Below, in pieces: positions 35,040 through 48,800 of a DNA stretch of 64,000 nucleotides. The notes beneath the pieces were generated by a model, which was given only the letters and a program-made list of their open reading frames with translations, did not search any database and had not been told where the DNA came from. Origin of the DNA: Tubiluchus corallicola (lineage: Eukaryota > Animalia > Priapulida); assembly GCA_030141605.1 (NCBI GenBank), contig JAQGDQ010000158.1, positions 310,001 to 374,000 of the forward strand. The letters are read 5' to 3'. The position numbers were made by a program, and so were the translations under genes. Position 1 is the stretch's first letter, and each line of letters starts with the position of its first letter.

Positions 35040-36232
35040 ATGGCATCTAACGAAAAGGAAGAGGCATCACAGGAAGAGATGCTGCACAAGACAAAACATC
35101 GTAAGGCGTCCGAAGGTGAAATCTTCATAGAACATCCACTCGACAGCAACGTGATCATGAGTTATGATCCCAAGTATAAGCTCCAGCTCGTATGGAGAAT
35201 GGTGCTGTTTATTGGATTCTGGCATTTGGTTCTACCGTATGGGCTGTACTTGTTGTTTACTGAAGCGTGTTGGAAAAGCATTTTATACAGTAAGTATGAA
35301 TATGCCTTGATAAGCGCGAAATTGCCATATCCTTTAAGTATAGTATAGTAAGTGAGTAATTGGGGGAGGTCGCAAACAAATAACGAAACAATACGAAAAC
35401 TCAAATGAAATTAGATAGACGTGCTGTAAAAATACATTAATGGGCTCAATGGAGTGTTCTGTTAATTAAGTGTTTCTAGGTCTATGGAAGAAAATTTGTG
35501 TCTGCCATTTACAACATAATTATCTCAAAAAATTTAATAAACATCAACAAAAATTTTGTGAACCACTGGATCTTAGATTAACAATAACAGAGACAGTAAC
35601 GTTTGTTTTAGAATAAATGCAGTTACGCAATTTGGTAGCTAATTAAAATTAAAACAAACAAATGGATTGTTATTACATAGTGTATTAAACTCATCATCTA
35701 TGATGACACTAAAGCAAACTTTGGTGCTGTAATTGTCTTTTCTTTTCAAAATAGTTTAAACTTAGATCACAAAATTACCTCTGGCTTTTAGTGAATTATT
35801 AGGTGCCAGTGATAAGCTGACAACTTACATCTTGCAATGTTGTGATACTACAATTTTCTGTTTTTTATTGCTAACTAGCTTATTTGATGGCTCGAATCGG
35901 TGGGTGGGGTATCACAATGGGAGCACATCGTATGTACTCGCATCGGGCGTTCAAAGCCCGCCTCCCACTACGCCTCCTTCTCGTCATTATGCAGACAACA
36001 ACAATGCAGGTAAGAGATTCCATTCTAGTAACTTGAATATACAATAATGCAAGCAGGAATTTCTGTTCTGGGTATAGATTGAGATAAAGCGCGTGCGCCT
36101 AAAGGACGCACCATCTAAATCTATGGTTCTATCGCGACTTTAAAACAGAAAAAAGCAGGTAAGAATTTCCACGTGGGAAAAAATAATAATGCATGTTTTA
36201 AAAGAATTTCGGTGCAGGTAATAATAATGATA

Positions 36233-36318
<86 letters not shown>

Positions 36319-39276
36319 AATAATGTCAACGTTGCTAGTAAGAATTTTGGTGGTGCAACTTAAAAAAACAAAAGAACAATTAAGAATTTCAGTGCTAGTT
36401 TTGTTCTATTCTGCTCGAACATTCTGATATTGCTATTTTATTAAAGTCACTAGTACGGAAATTGTAATCGGCTTCATTGCTTTAAAAAAGTTAACAGCCT
36501 GTTAACTTTCAAAAGCAAAAGTGCCAATAAGAAGTTTCGTGCTGATGACTTTGATGAAACATCAAAATTGGTAAGAATTTCCGTGATGTTGACTTTAGCA
36601 GGCTTCTTCACTTTGATGTGTTAGAGTAGTATAATTACGCATATGTCCACTTTTTGTAATTTCATTTATTCGTGTAGTGTCTACTAAATGGTACATGATC
36701 TGATGGTTGTCGGAATTTTTTTATCAGGGCAGTAGCTATTACTAGGCACATGACTACAGGATACTTTTATTTTTATTAGGACAGTATGTAATTTGGGCAC
36801 GCGGATTTTTAATCTCAGTTTGTTAAAGTAGTATGAGTACTACTTGGCACGTGGTGATACGTGATCTTCTTTCCATTTATTAGGGTAATGTCCACTGTGG
36901 GGCATGATCACAGATTACTTTTCCATTTATTAGGACAGTATCTATTTTGGGCATGTCATTATTACAAGACAATCTTGTTTCTAGTGGTTTAGTAGAATCT
37001 GCAATTGGGCACGCCGAGCAGAATCTATCACAGGGTGAACACATTTCTGTTTGCTGAGTAGTATATTATTTTGTACAAGTAGAAAGGTAGTATTTCTTTC
37101 TATGTGTTAACCCAGTATGAGATATTGGGCAGATGATGACAAGGTGATTTTGTTTCTGTTTGCTAGAGTAATCTACCTTAGGGCACATTACCAAATTGTG
37201 CTTTTATTTCTATTCATTAGAGTAGTATTTACTATTGGGCACCGACCGAATTGTGCTTTTATTTCTATTTGCTAGGGTAGTGTCTACTACTGGGCACGTG
37301 ATCACAGAGTGCATCACAAATTCTCTGATACAGATGCTGATCCTCACAACTCTGCCCGTGGCTTCTTCTTTGCTCATACCGGACGCTTGATGTGCAAGAA
37401 AAATAATTTGATGCTAAAGAAAGGCAAGACAGTTGACTGCAGAGACATGTACAACGACTGGTTTGTCTACGTACAACACGAGTGAGTAATTCTACAGATT
37501 AGTACTCAAGTTTATTAAAAAAAATTATGTACCCACACATAAGAATGACTTTTTCACCGTATCAATTCTATAGAAACTCACATTCCCAAAATAAATGACG
37601 AATGTACGTAATAACGGAAAGGCAGCTACAGTATATGAAACAAGTATACCTTCTAACACAAGCCTGGCAAATGTTGCTTTGTCTCCACACTCATTTCATC
37701 AGACATTGAGCCTAAACATAGGAAAAGTTGAGCGCTTGTATCACCACCCCTTCTTTCTTCACTCATATAGCAATACCTCATCTGGCTGCTTGTATTGAAC
37801 TATAAAATACATTTTTGCATATATTTACAATTCAGAATAATTGATATGAAAACACTTTTATGGAACTGCTTCCTGATTTTGTAATTAATATCCTGAAGGC
37901 TATAACTTTAATGGATTTGTTAAGAACCGATACTTTTAACTTATTTTAAATTTATTCTTGTACAGCTTTCAAAATTATGTAAATTCAGAAAATTTGAGTT
38001 ATAACCTACTTACTAATTTGTAATTTTAGATACTACTATCCACTCATGCTACTCGTTGCTGCCATCTCCGTGTGGATTCCAATGTACTACTGGGGCGAGT
38101 CATTGCGAGTTGCATTTTTTGTCACCCTTGGTGTTCGTTACATTGTCGTACTAAATGGAACAGCTCTTGTTAATAGTGCGGCTCACTACTATGGCTGGAG
38201 ACCATATGACAAGAGCATTCCACCAACTGAAAATAAGTAAGCTACTACAGGGAAAATGATTAAGGGTTTAGCAAACAAACAAACTGCAGCAAGTGACTAA
38301 TGAACAATTATGATGACAAAAATCCGTAAATCACTGTGTATAGAATATTGCTGAAAGAGAAATTTAGTATGACAAGGAGTCATCGATGAGCGAGAGATTG
38401 CAAAATTCACCCCAAGTCAGACTGGACTAGATTGACAATACGATTTTGTATCTGTCAACTTGTAACAGGTTCATGCTTCGGCTCAGATATGGCTACAGCA
38501 CTCCATGCAAGACCAATAGTCAGTTTGTGAAAAGAGTGTGTAGAGCAGTTAGATATTTTCAATCACGACATAAGTGTCCGACTAGTTTTAATCCTGTATG
38601 ACGTTTCTCCCATCAACAGTAGAATGCATCTCAAAGCCAAGCACAAGAAAGTAGTACTAATCTGAAATATCCACATAATGAGTTATAATGCGTTAGCTTT
38701 TTTGTTAGTAATTTAGCTATAATTGTAGTTAATTGTAGCTGCCAGTCTTGGTCGTTATCATAATAGTAGTCGTTTTTGGTAATAACAATTCAAAAATACC
38801 ACTAATCAAAAATCGTAGTAGTGATGATGATTGCTACAATCCCATAATTAAGAAACGTGGAAAAGGAGAAAACGGTCATATTTCTTTCATTAATTATTGT
38901 TATTCTTGTCATTAAGAATCAACATTACATTACAACGATGATGTTGCAATTACAAGAAATGTAATGTGTTATGGCAAAAATTAGTGAAGACAAAGAGAAC
39001 ATCCATGACAAGATAAGTCACGCAAATCCTAAAACAAGTTTGGCACATTTGAACTTGAGGAACATAACTATCAGCTGCAGAAACTTGCGTAACTGTAGGT
39101 TAAAGAAATTGCATTTCTTGATGCATAATTTTAACGTAATATCAGTTAATGTAATAACAGAAGCTTGGTAGAAAAAAGTAAGCAAGCAAGTAAGAAAGCA
39201 AACAAACAAGCAAGCATGCATGCATGCAAAAAAGCATGCACCCAAGCAAGCAAGCAAGCAAGTAAATAAGTAAGTA

Positions 39277-39330
<54 letters not shown>

Positions 39331-40448
39331 TAAGTAAGTAAGTAGGCCCAAGTATTGTAGGTGCAAACGTTCCGTCTTAAGTGTTTTACGTTGGCGAAAA
39401 GTATAATCCAGTGGTAGATTGCTAAATTTGACTGTAATTTAGTATGACATTTATTGTATGCAATTTACATACCAGTATCCAGCAATATCTTTGCCACTTA
39501 ATACACTGAAATAGCTCTAAATAGTATACAAGTAAGGAAAGAGGTAATCTAAGCAAAAGTTTTCATTGATCTCTCTGTCGGTCACTCGATTTATGGAATA
39601 GAAGAAACACAGGCCTGAGGGATTTAAATTGATATTGATTTTCGAGAAGCAAAAATATTTTCTCTCAGATCAGGTAAAGTTTGGCAGGATATTGGAGATA
39701 AGCAAAATTGCTGCCCCGAAATAAATGTCTGTTGAGATTTACAAAATTTATTTGAGTTTTTGAAACGAGTATGAAATTATGTGAATTCCAAATAATTATA
39801 GTTTCGATAAAATATGTGTAACAGTGTAGCACTGAAATAAAATTAAAGTTATCATTCCTCTCTCCCGTAGACCAGGTTACTGTTATCAAAATTTGACATT
39901 CTTGACTACAAAATACCTTGTAACAAATATACAATGGTGACCACATTACAGACTTTGTATAATATTTGATATGCAAATCAGTGACTTTGTCTTCTATGAA
40001 AACATACTTTCTGATTTTTCTTATACAAACAATTCATATTTTACAATTAATGAAAGCAGTATTGTGTGCCATAAAACACGAATTTTGTTACTTTCTTCGT
40101 CACCTTTGTGTATCAACTTCCGATACAAAGTCGTCTTATGGGAATTAATTGAGAGCTTGAGACCACAAGGTGAAGCTTGCTTGGTACGTATCTTAACTTA
40201 TTACTTTTCTGTATAGGATTGTTTCCTGGATCACATCCGGAGAAGGATATCACAACTACCATCACAATTTTCCCCAGGACTATAGATCCTCAGAGTACAG
40301 ATGGCGACTGAATAGTACCACAATGGTCATAGATTTGATGGCATTTTTGGGCCTTGTTTATGATCGCCACGTGACATCTTCTGACAAAGCTGATGCTTTA
40401 AGAGCAAGGAGTGGTGATGGTCACCCTAAACTCTGGGGTGACTATTAA
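35040..40448 (+). CDS. SCD: Acyl-CoA desaturase, SCD/delta-9 family, divergent, copy A (341 aa); exons 35040-35289, 35879-36009, 37276-37481, 38030-38236, 40217-40448
   Basis: Canonical splice sites give a 1026-nt open CDS. His boxes HRMYSH, DHRVHHKFSDTDADPHN, VNSAAH and GEGYHNYHH are present, plus RPYD and FP.DY..SE. The 131- and 206-nt internal exons match those of vertebrate SCD. Confidence 0.95.
36010..37275 (+). repeat. Desaturase A intron made of degenerate donor-junction repeats (about 36010-36600, including a (GAT)n run at 36224-36323) and ~55-bp acceptor-junction repeats (about 36640-37275)
   Basis: Recurrent gtaagaatttc units, then recurrent ttttatttctattt.(c/t)tag-ggtagt.tctact.ttgggcac units. 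Confidence 0.8.
39175..39345. repeat. (AAGC)n/(AAGT)n microsatellite
   Basis: Directly visible. Confidence 0.95.
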
Positions 40449-43341
40449 GAGCAATAACTGTGTATACAGTGGACTTTGTTATAGTTAACTGCAGAGATGT
40501 GACAAAATTTTGTGCCGTCGTTTTTCAATTTGGTAGCTAATGCGTTTCCTTAACTGCAATGGTCTAATTTCACAAATTTATGCATATTGTTTGCTCTGTT
40601 GCACAGCTTTGGTGCTTTTAACAGTATTGTCACGTTTTTAGGTAACACAAAGTTTGACAAAGAAAACGAAAAATTAGAAGAAAAATGCATTTTTGTAAAA
40701 AATTACTGGTTTGCTTGAAATTCTGGATCTATTTTGCTGAAAAGCTAATTACAGTATATAGATTTTTCAGGCAACATTAAAGGAGAAAAAATTAAAAATT
40801 TTACTTAATGCTAAAAAATTGTTTTAAAATTTTGTATCGCCTACATTTTGCCTTAGTGCACGAGTGATCAAGGCAATAATGGAGTTTTGGCTCAGGCTTT
40901 GAACGTTGTTCATTTGTTGCTTTACACAAGTTTGCATAAAAGATTCAGGTACGCACAATCGAACTTTCAGGTAATATTACAATTCAAAAATAATTACTAA
41001 GTGTCTTACAAAACAAAAATAAAAAGCTATGTAATGTGTGAGGGTGTGCGAAAAACTTACCCATTTACACAATAAGGCTTTTTCCATAATATACATAATT
41101 TAATGTGTGACGCGTTAAATGATTCCTTTCAGTCATCTTTAGATTCTGCTGCTATTGTAAAGATTACAAGCGGATGTATGTGACACGAAAAATAAAAAAA
41201 AACTTTAAATACTTTTCTATTAAGTGACCCGTAAAATGACACTTCCTTTTTACCTATATATGTATTCATATATTTAAACATCTTGTGTAAGGTAATTGAC
41301 AAGGAGCAACATCCTTGTAGCACTGTGTGCATTGCACGGCATAGCTTTCTTTGGCACGATCAAGTAAATAATGCATTACCTAGTTTTACATGTAAATGTT
41401 AAAAAATTTTATGAAACTCGTTGGAGACTAAAACAAACTAGTTTTCCTTCTGAACTGTTGCTCATTTGTCATCAAGGCAGTGCATCGTCAGTATGACAAC
41501 AGTTTTGTACACAAAATGGTCGTATAAGAGAATTTTTTAACAGGTACGCAGTTCGTGTTTATACCATTTCAAAAGTGAGTGGAATTTTTTTTAAATTACT
41601 ACAAAAGGGCCTAATGTATTACCAGCGAAAAAATGAGAAATACCACGATCATGGCGAGACACCAGTCTGTGGATTAGTGATGACAGAGAGAGTGAAACAG
41701 AAAGAGAGAGAGAGAGAGAGGGTGAAAGAAAGAAAGAGAGTGGAGAGAGAGGGGAAGGAGAGAGAGAGGGAGATGGAGAGTAAAAGAGAGAGAGAGAGAC
41801 GGGGAAGGAGAGCGAGAGAAAGAAAGAGAAAGAGAGAGAGGGAGAGACAGAGAGAAGGTAAAGGTTTTAATATAACTTAAAAGGAATTTTGACTTGTAAA
41901 TTAACATTATTTATATTTTCGCAACCTCGGGTTAGCAGAGAAATCAATGCAGTTAAACCTCATTAATTTTGCGATACATTAAACATTGTGAATAAACAAA
42001 TAAATAGATAAACATATTAGCAGCAACATAATAAAGAAGTAGATAAAAATATAGTTCTTATATTATTTCCACTATTTCCAGCACTGTTTTAAGATGAAAA
42101 GTAAACCATGTTTTAACTGGAAAGAATTTATATGTTGGAAAGGCTCTTAATAGGAATGTTATTGTTTCAACAAAAGAAAACAATCGACAAGCGTTCAAAG
42201 ATTGTTGTATAGACGAACAATAAACTGAATGTAGCTCTGTTATTTCATGATTTGCTCCATGTGTTATAACTGTGAAGCTGAGCTGTTCTGTCAAAAGTTA
42301 CTGTTACTAGTGTTAGATAATATTCAACATCATTTTTGTTTGACTTGTCCTAGCTCAGATTAACAAACGAAATTGGCCGATCACGCGTTAGTGCAACTCG
42401 TATATCCAGGAATGACTGCTTGACTCGGTGTAGTCGTCGTGTCTTGCTAGGCTACGTTACTGGTGCACTTTTTAAAATTAGGTATATTAAAATAACATCA
42501 GAAGCTTCCTTTCTTCTGCGAGCGCTAGCGTCGTAAAGAAAACGCTAAGTTTTTTCATAGTTGAGATTTATTTTATTCTAGGCATTCCGTTTTCCTCTTT
42601 TTAATTCTTTTTCACGCAAATACCTAGAGTCATAAATCTTACGGGGTAAGGGTTTTCAGAAGTTTTTCGGTTTCTTTTTCGATTGCCATTCAATTCCTCC
42701 TAAACCTCTCGGTTAAGTTCAACTATTTTCTTAAGTATAAAAATTTAGGTACTGTAGAGTAGATCTGTACCTTTAAAAAGCCGAGATACTGTAAGGGCCC
42801 GTGATAGGAGCCAAAATACGTAACACTGAAAAACTCTAAAACTACCATAGCTAGAATAACCAAACTTGCAAGGTTTGCAGGGTAGACACTTAAGCTAAGG
42901 AGTCAAGCAATAGTATAGCTATGGAATTGTGTAAGTGCTCGAGACAGGAACCAAAATATCAAAATTAGAGCATCCAGTTTTAATTCATACTAACTCGGAA
43001 GAGGAGGAGGCTATAGTCATGAAAACATGGACAGGGCAATACGCTTGCCGACTTTTATCGGAATTCATTTAGTCTTTAATGACGTTGTTAGCCTTCTAAG
43101 AACCGAAATTTTAGACAAGCGTGTGCATCACCATGCCACTGACAATTTCGTTACAGCATAACAGTTTTCGTTAAAGGGGAAACCCAACTGCAAATTGTTT
43201 ATTACTAACATCTATTTAAGAAAATAACAACGAAGTATTTATGCATTTTATGCGTTTCGGACACACAAAACAACGTGTAAATATATTAACTGCATCAAAA
43301 TTTATCTTGAAGATAGAAAGTGCATGTAGACAGCAAACGTT

Positions 43342-43607
43342 AAACAAGTCTGACACATTAATCAACCATTGCCATCAAGGTACGAGCAACATTTAATAAA
43401 TAGGTCAAATTAGATTAGAGCCTTTTTTACCAACAATTTTTTTATCATTTCGTGATTGGGTCCCTTGCACGCTGACCCCTTTTACTATTTTTATATCAAC
43501 TAGTCAAACAAAAAAAACGCTTCGCTTGCACTTGGGTGAAGAAGTTTCTCTGTGAGCAGAGGCAGAAAGTCTTGGCGATTAGGTTGAAACTTCCAATTAT
43601 CAGGCAG
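43342..43607 (+). promoter_or_regulatory. Putative promoter and non-coding first exon of desaturase B
   Basis: Paralogue of 28243-28505 with the same motifs (AGGTCA 43402, ATCATTTCGTGATTGG 43444, TGACCC 43473). Donor CAG|GTAAAA at 43608, acceptor before the ATG at 52718-19. Confidence 0.55.
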
Positions 43608-45499
43608 GTAAAAATATTTTTAGGAAGCCAATATATTCATACGTAAGTAGCTTTGAACAATTCGTAATGTTAATCATAAATTGTGTGTTTTAAATATATT
43701 ATAGAAAATAGAAATATTGAATCATTATCAACTCCATTTTCAAATGAGTCTATAGCATGGTAAGTTGGATGTTTATTCCTACAAGTCACTAACTAATCAA
43801 CACTTTCCAACCGTTACTTTACTCAAACATAAGTAATGATTAACTAAGCATATTCATTTTTAATTACTTTAATTTACGTAATTAATTAATTTACTGTTAA
43901 TTGTTAACGCGATGAACACTTCACTAATGGCGCCATTTTTTCTAATTATTCGGTACAAATCTGTTTAAATTTGAAAACGTGCAACATGACAAGATAATTT
44001 TGTAACAATTTCCTAACATTTATGCGCAAGCGCACTAATACTTGGTTAGACAGGATTATGAATTATTATTTTTCTTGTCAGAATTTTGAATGTTTATATG
44101 AGCAAATGAGATGACAAAGTTAAATAGGAAATGCTAATCAAAATGCCAAAAACTTGATTATAAATATTGCAGTTCATCACTGATTTGCAGAAGTAATCAG
44201 TAAGACTCGTTGCACGCCATCGTGTTTTATTCTTTTAAACTTGTACGTGTTAATAAATGTGCAGTTTTATAAATAAAGCTGTGTTAGTTTGCTATGCCCT
44301 CTTGGCTGTTCACACCCAATCATAACGCGCACGCAGCAGAAACAACAATAAAATGTAGCTATAAACAATTACAAACAGTTGATCTTTTACTATTAGCAGC
44401 ATTGTCTAGCAGTTGCGATACTGTTTTTATGCATCGGATAATTCGATATTGCTAGAGTTAGAAAAAAATAAAATTTTTAAAAAGCATTAAAAAATTTAAA
44501 TCATAAAAAGCTTTTAAGATGTATAAACAATTTTAAGTTCAACATAATCAGGTTTAACGAAACGATTTGGAAATAGCATCATAATACTCATAACAATTGA
44601 TTTTATTTTTATCCACAAATTTATTTTGGAGAAAACACTTCACTACCAAAATTTTCATTTGTTTCTGAAGTTTGAATGACGTGATCAAAGTCTTACCTTT
44701 AACTGGCCTTTCTTCGCTAATTAGCAATAGACAAAAAGCACCAGTCCTTAGGAGCCAAGGTGTTAACGCGTCAACAATGGAAATCATATCCACTGTACGG
44801 GACATCTGCATGAAGTTTTGACTGCAATGATACGGGCCCATTATTTCGGAACCTGTCACTGATAAGCACTAATTAAGATGAGACAGAGGGAATAATGCCC
44901 TTCCTGGCAACAAACAGTTAAACATGAAAACGTTTCCCAAAGACGACAAATGACTTGTTATTGTCTTTTTTTGAATTTCAACACTTGACAAGTAGCATGT
45001 TAATTAAGCGATGCCATCTGTTACAAAACGCATTTTTATATTGAAACTCTTCCCAAAAAGTTTCTCTTCAAGCATACCTAACAAAAATTAGTTTTCGTTA
45101 TTGCTTTTTTAAAGCATCTAATTACTAACATTACTACAAGTTGGCACTGTTTGATATTATGCACTTTGTAATTGTTGTTTACATGTGAAACTTTCCTTTT
45201 TATAACAAACATTTATTCACAAACCCTCAACTGACGTAACAGGTGAAAACTCTGGTGCATAAGCTTGGCAAAACCTTAAATCAACTTTTCTCAGACTCAG
45301 CGACTTACATTCTTTTGTTACCGTTGCACTTTTGCAGCAGTTGCAGGGTTACTTTTGTAAATAGGCGGACATAGCTCGTATTTTTGTTTTTGCGATATTT
45401 TTGATTGTGGTGCTAGTTGTTTCAACTGGCACTTGCTATGTTAGGCCTCGAAATATGGTGAAGCATAGTAACTGCTAATGATTGCACTTCCCTTAACCC

Positions 45500-45896
45500 A
45501 GATATTCTTCTGGGTTAGCCAAAAATGGCCCCAAATCTGAGGTGTACATGTGATAATTGCAATACCGTGAGGTTGGATGTATGCTGCGAGAAAAGACTGT
45601 TTTCTTTGTGAAATGTGCAAATGTTAATAAAGGTAGTGCCACTACAAACGTTACTCCTTCAGTCAAAGCCGATAACGAAATCGCACATAACAGATTAGAC
45701 ATGATCGTTTCGAAAGCTCAGTACAAGAATGGTCACTCTTTGGAAGGTAGGCTGTCAGAAAATTTAAAAAGTTTGGTCACTGTAGAAATTAACGCTTTTA
45801 GAGCAGAAGTGGATGATCAGCTCAAGGAACTAAGAGAGAGGGTTACAACTTTAGAGAACACACCTTCAAATGTTTCATCGCCCAGTGAATGGACAG
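45500..45896 (+). mobile_element. CR1/L2-type LINE ORF1 fragment
   Basis: Cys-rich start followed by the coiled coil LKSLVTVEINAFRAEVDDQLKELRERVTTLEN. Stops abruptly at a CCCAAGTAG terminus. Confidence 0.5.
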
Positions 45897-48800
45897 CCCA
45901 AGTAGTACATTAGCGATTTTTGTCGAGATTCGAGAATTATGATGACATAATAAAACATAAAACTAAATTTGTTTTACAGAAAAAGTAACTTTATAATAAT
46001 GATGAATTATTTATAATAATGATGTATGACAATTTACAAAATTAATGTACTTTTTACAATAGGATCATCAGTATTATTAGCTCCATTAAAATCATCATAA
46101 CATTAGACTAAGTATCTAATGCTTTAGAGAGAGAAACTGTGCACACAGTTATTACAGAAATAACTGCAAGTTTAAAAATGAGACAGGTGCTGCTAAGCCT
46201 TCACAACACGAAAAAGTAATTTTTAACTTTTTAAGAAAAGCAAAGACAATTAGTTTTAATAATATCAGTAGTTTTGTAACATGTAAGGCATTGTCGTACA
46301 TGGCTCGCTAGCCCATGTAGGGCACATTGTTTACTTAGGAGAAAACAATTATTTGTCTATGTAGTGAGCTGATTCACGAGTTTGTTTATGAACTTTATAA
46401 ACTTTAGTAACATTACAACTTTACAGCAAGTTAGACTACAGTGAATCATTTTCTCACCTGACTGGTTTCTGATATGCAGAACCCAAGCTTAGCCAGTTTC
46501 AACTGATTTGAGCTTTCACAGTTTTTAATCTAGTAGTCACAACGTAGTGTACAGAAAAGACAGTCAATAATAAAGTGTTTGTGCCTCTAAAGGAGTTTGG
46601 TGTATGTTGCAACATATATTGACAAAAGCCTTTTTCACATTGGCGCCAGTGCCCACTACTACTTGGGTATGCTGTAACATTTAGAAGGACTGTGAGTAAA
46701 ATGTTTTTCATTATGCTGATTTCTGATTCACAGTAAATTCTTTTTCCTTTTACCCTCTTCTATGTGGTATCTACCTGTTTGCCTGCTATAGCATTTTGAC
46801 ATTTTCATTTAAACACAGTATTACATTGTTGCCTTTACCTTTACCTTGTGCGGGGGAGGGCTTTACACTTGTATGCTGTTTTGTAAAGGTTCTATTTGCA
46901 GTGTAAGGCAAAATGCCAGTGGATACTAGAGCGCAGAAGAAGAAAAGGCTAATATCAGTAGTTGAGCAACTGACTAAGCGTGCGCAGCAAGTTCTTCGTG
47001 ACAATAATCCTTTTTTGGCAACAGAGGAAACCTTTGTTCAGCATAGAGCAGCTGTAGAAGGAGCACAAACATCCATAAAAATGTACTTCTGTGAACTAAC
47101 AAAGCATTACGATGAATTAATAGAGACAACAGATGATGAGATGGAGAAGGAAGTGGAAAGTTTTCCTTTACAGGATCAACTCCAAACTTTTGTTGAGCAA
47201 GTCGATGCAACTCGTATGCTGATTCAAGAGAAGTTGGACTAGAAAGAGAAACAAAACCAACATTAGTTCAGCCATCTGTGTCTCAGGCATATGGTTCAGC
47301 ATTAAAGTCAAGCGTTAACGCTTATGTCAAGCGTTTCAGCTACTGATGGTGATGACAGCAATGACGATGATCGTGTCACTGTTAATTCAGCAGCTACATC
47401 TGTGAGACGATGGTGCAAAGCGAAACTTCCTCAACTGCACATTGAGAAATTTAAAGGGGACCCCATGCGATGGGACTTTTTTGGGACAGATAAAGCAAAT
47501 TATTTGTCAAGTTTTCAAGAAAGCAGAGCAAAGACAACAGTTGAAGGACTTCAACCCACAGCAGGAGGCTACAGACATATGGTAGAGCTGTTAACTGAAC
47601 GCTATGAGAAACCAGAGTTAGTCAGTCAAGAGCATTTTCTCAAATTGTTCCAAATGAAGGAAGCTCCTGACATAATAATAGGACTACAGGAAGTCCATGA
47701 TGCTTGTATGGTGCATTTTCGTGCTTTACAATCACTGGGTGGGATTAGCGTACAGACAGTGTTTCCGGCGCTGCTGTATTCAAAACTTCCTCCATACGTG
47801 CGAACAGATTTAGTTCGGCGAAATGAATGCAGAGAATGGACACTGGATTCCTTAAAGCAGATGATTAAGACTGACATCGATGTCCGAACCTTGGGTGGTC
47901 AAGGACTGAGCAAAACAGAGCAAAAACCAACAAAGTCTGGTATCCAGTCTGCAGCCCATGCTTTACTAGCTGATGCCAATGCCCATGGTAATGGTAGGAA
48001 AACTAAGAAGAAGCAGCGTAGTAAGTGCATATTCTGTGGACAGTCTCATTGGGCAGATAGATGTCAGAAGTTTCCAGATATTCCTTCACGAAAAAACCGA
48101 ACCACACAATTGGGCTTGTGCACTGTTTGTCTAAAAGTGCATTGCACTACATCGTCACATTCACTTTCTAAACCATGCTTTCATTGTCAAGCTGATAATC
48201 ATAATTCAGCGATGTGTTTCCAAGCATTTTGAAAGAAAGCGCCTATTTCTCAAGCCTCATCTCAGGGTTCTTCACCATCAATTGGGACACAGTCTCAAGC
48301 TTCGTTTATTCCAGGTTTACCTTGGGTACAAGCTTCTTCTTCAATTAGTTACTGTGGGAGTGAAGCAGCCACATTGATGTCAGTGACACCATCAGTGTTT
48401 TTCCAGACAGCAGGTACATGGCTTTTTAATCAAGAAACTGGTCAATCAGTTCCTGTAAGGGTATTTCTTGATTCAGCTAGTTGTCGCAGCTACATATCAC
48501 AGCGTATATTTCGTGCCTTGAGTCTTCCCAATGAGCAAATTGTTCATTCTAGTATGGCTGGAATAGCATGTCAGAAGAGGAAATCTTTAATGTTACCAGT
48601 TACCAAGGTAAACTTGCAACTCTTAAATGGACAGACGATGGAGAAGGTTCATGTCCTAGAACAAATCACATGTCCAATGAAGAGAGCAGTATTGCCTGAT
48701 GTGGAGAAGTATACTCAACTAGTAGAACTTGCCCACAGAGGACTTCTTGCTGACAAATTACCAACAGTTCTTGAAGATATGGAAGTGGATGTGCTTATTG

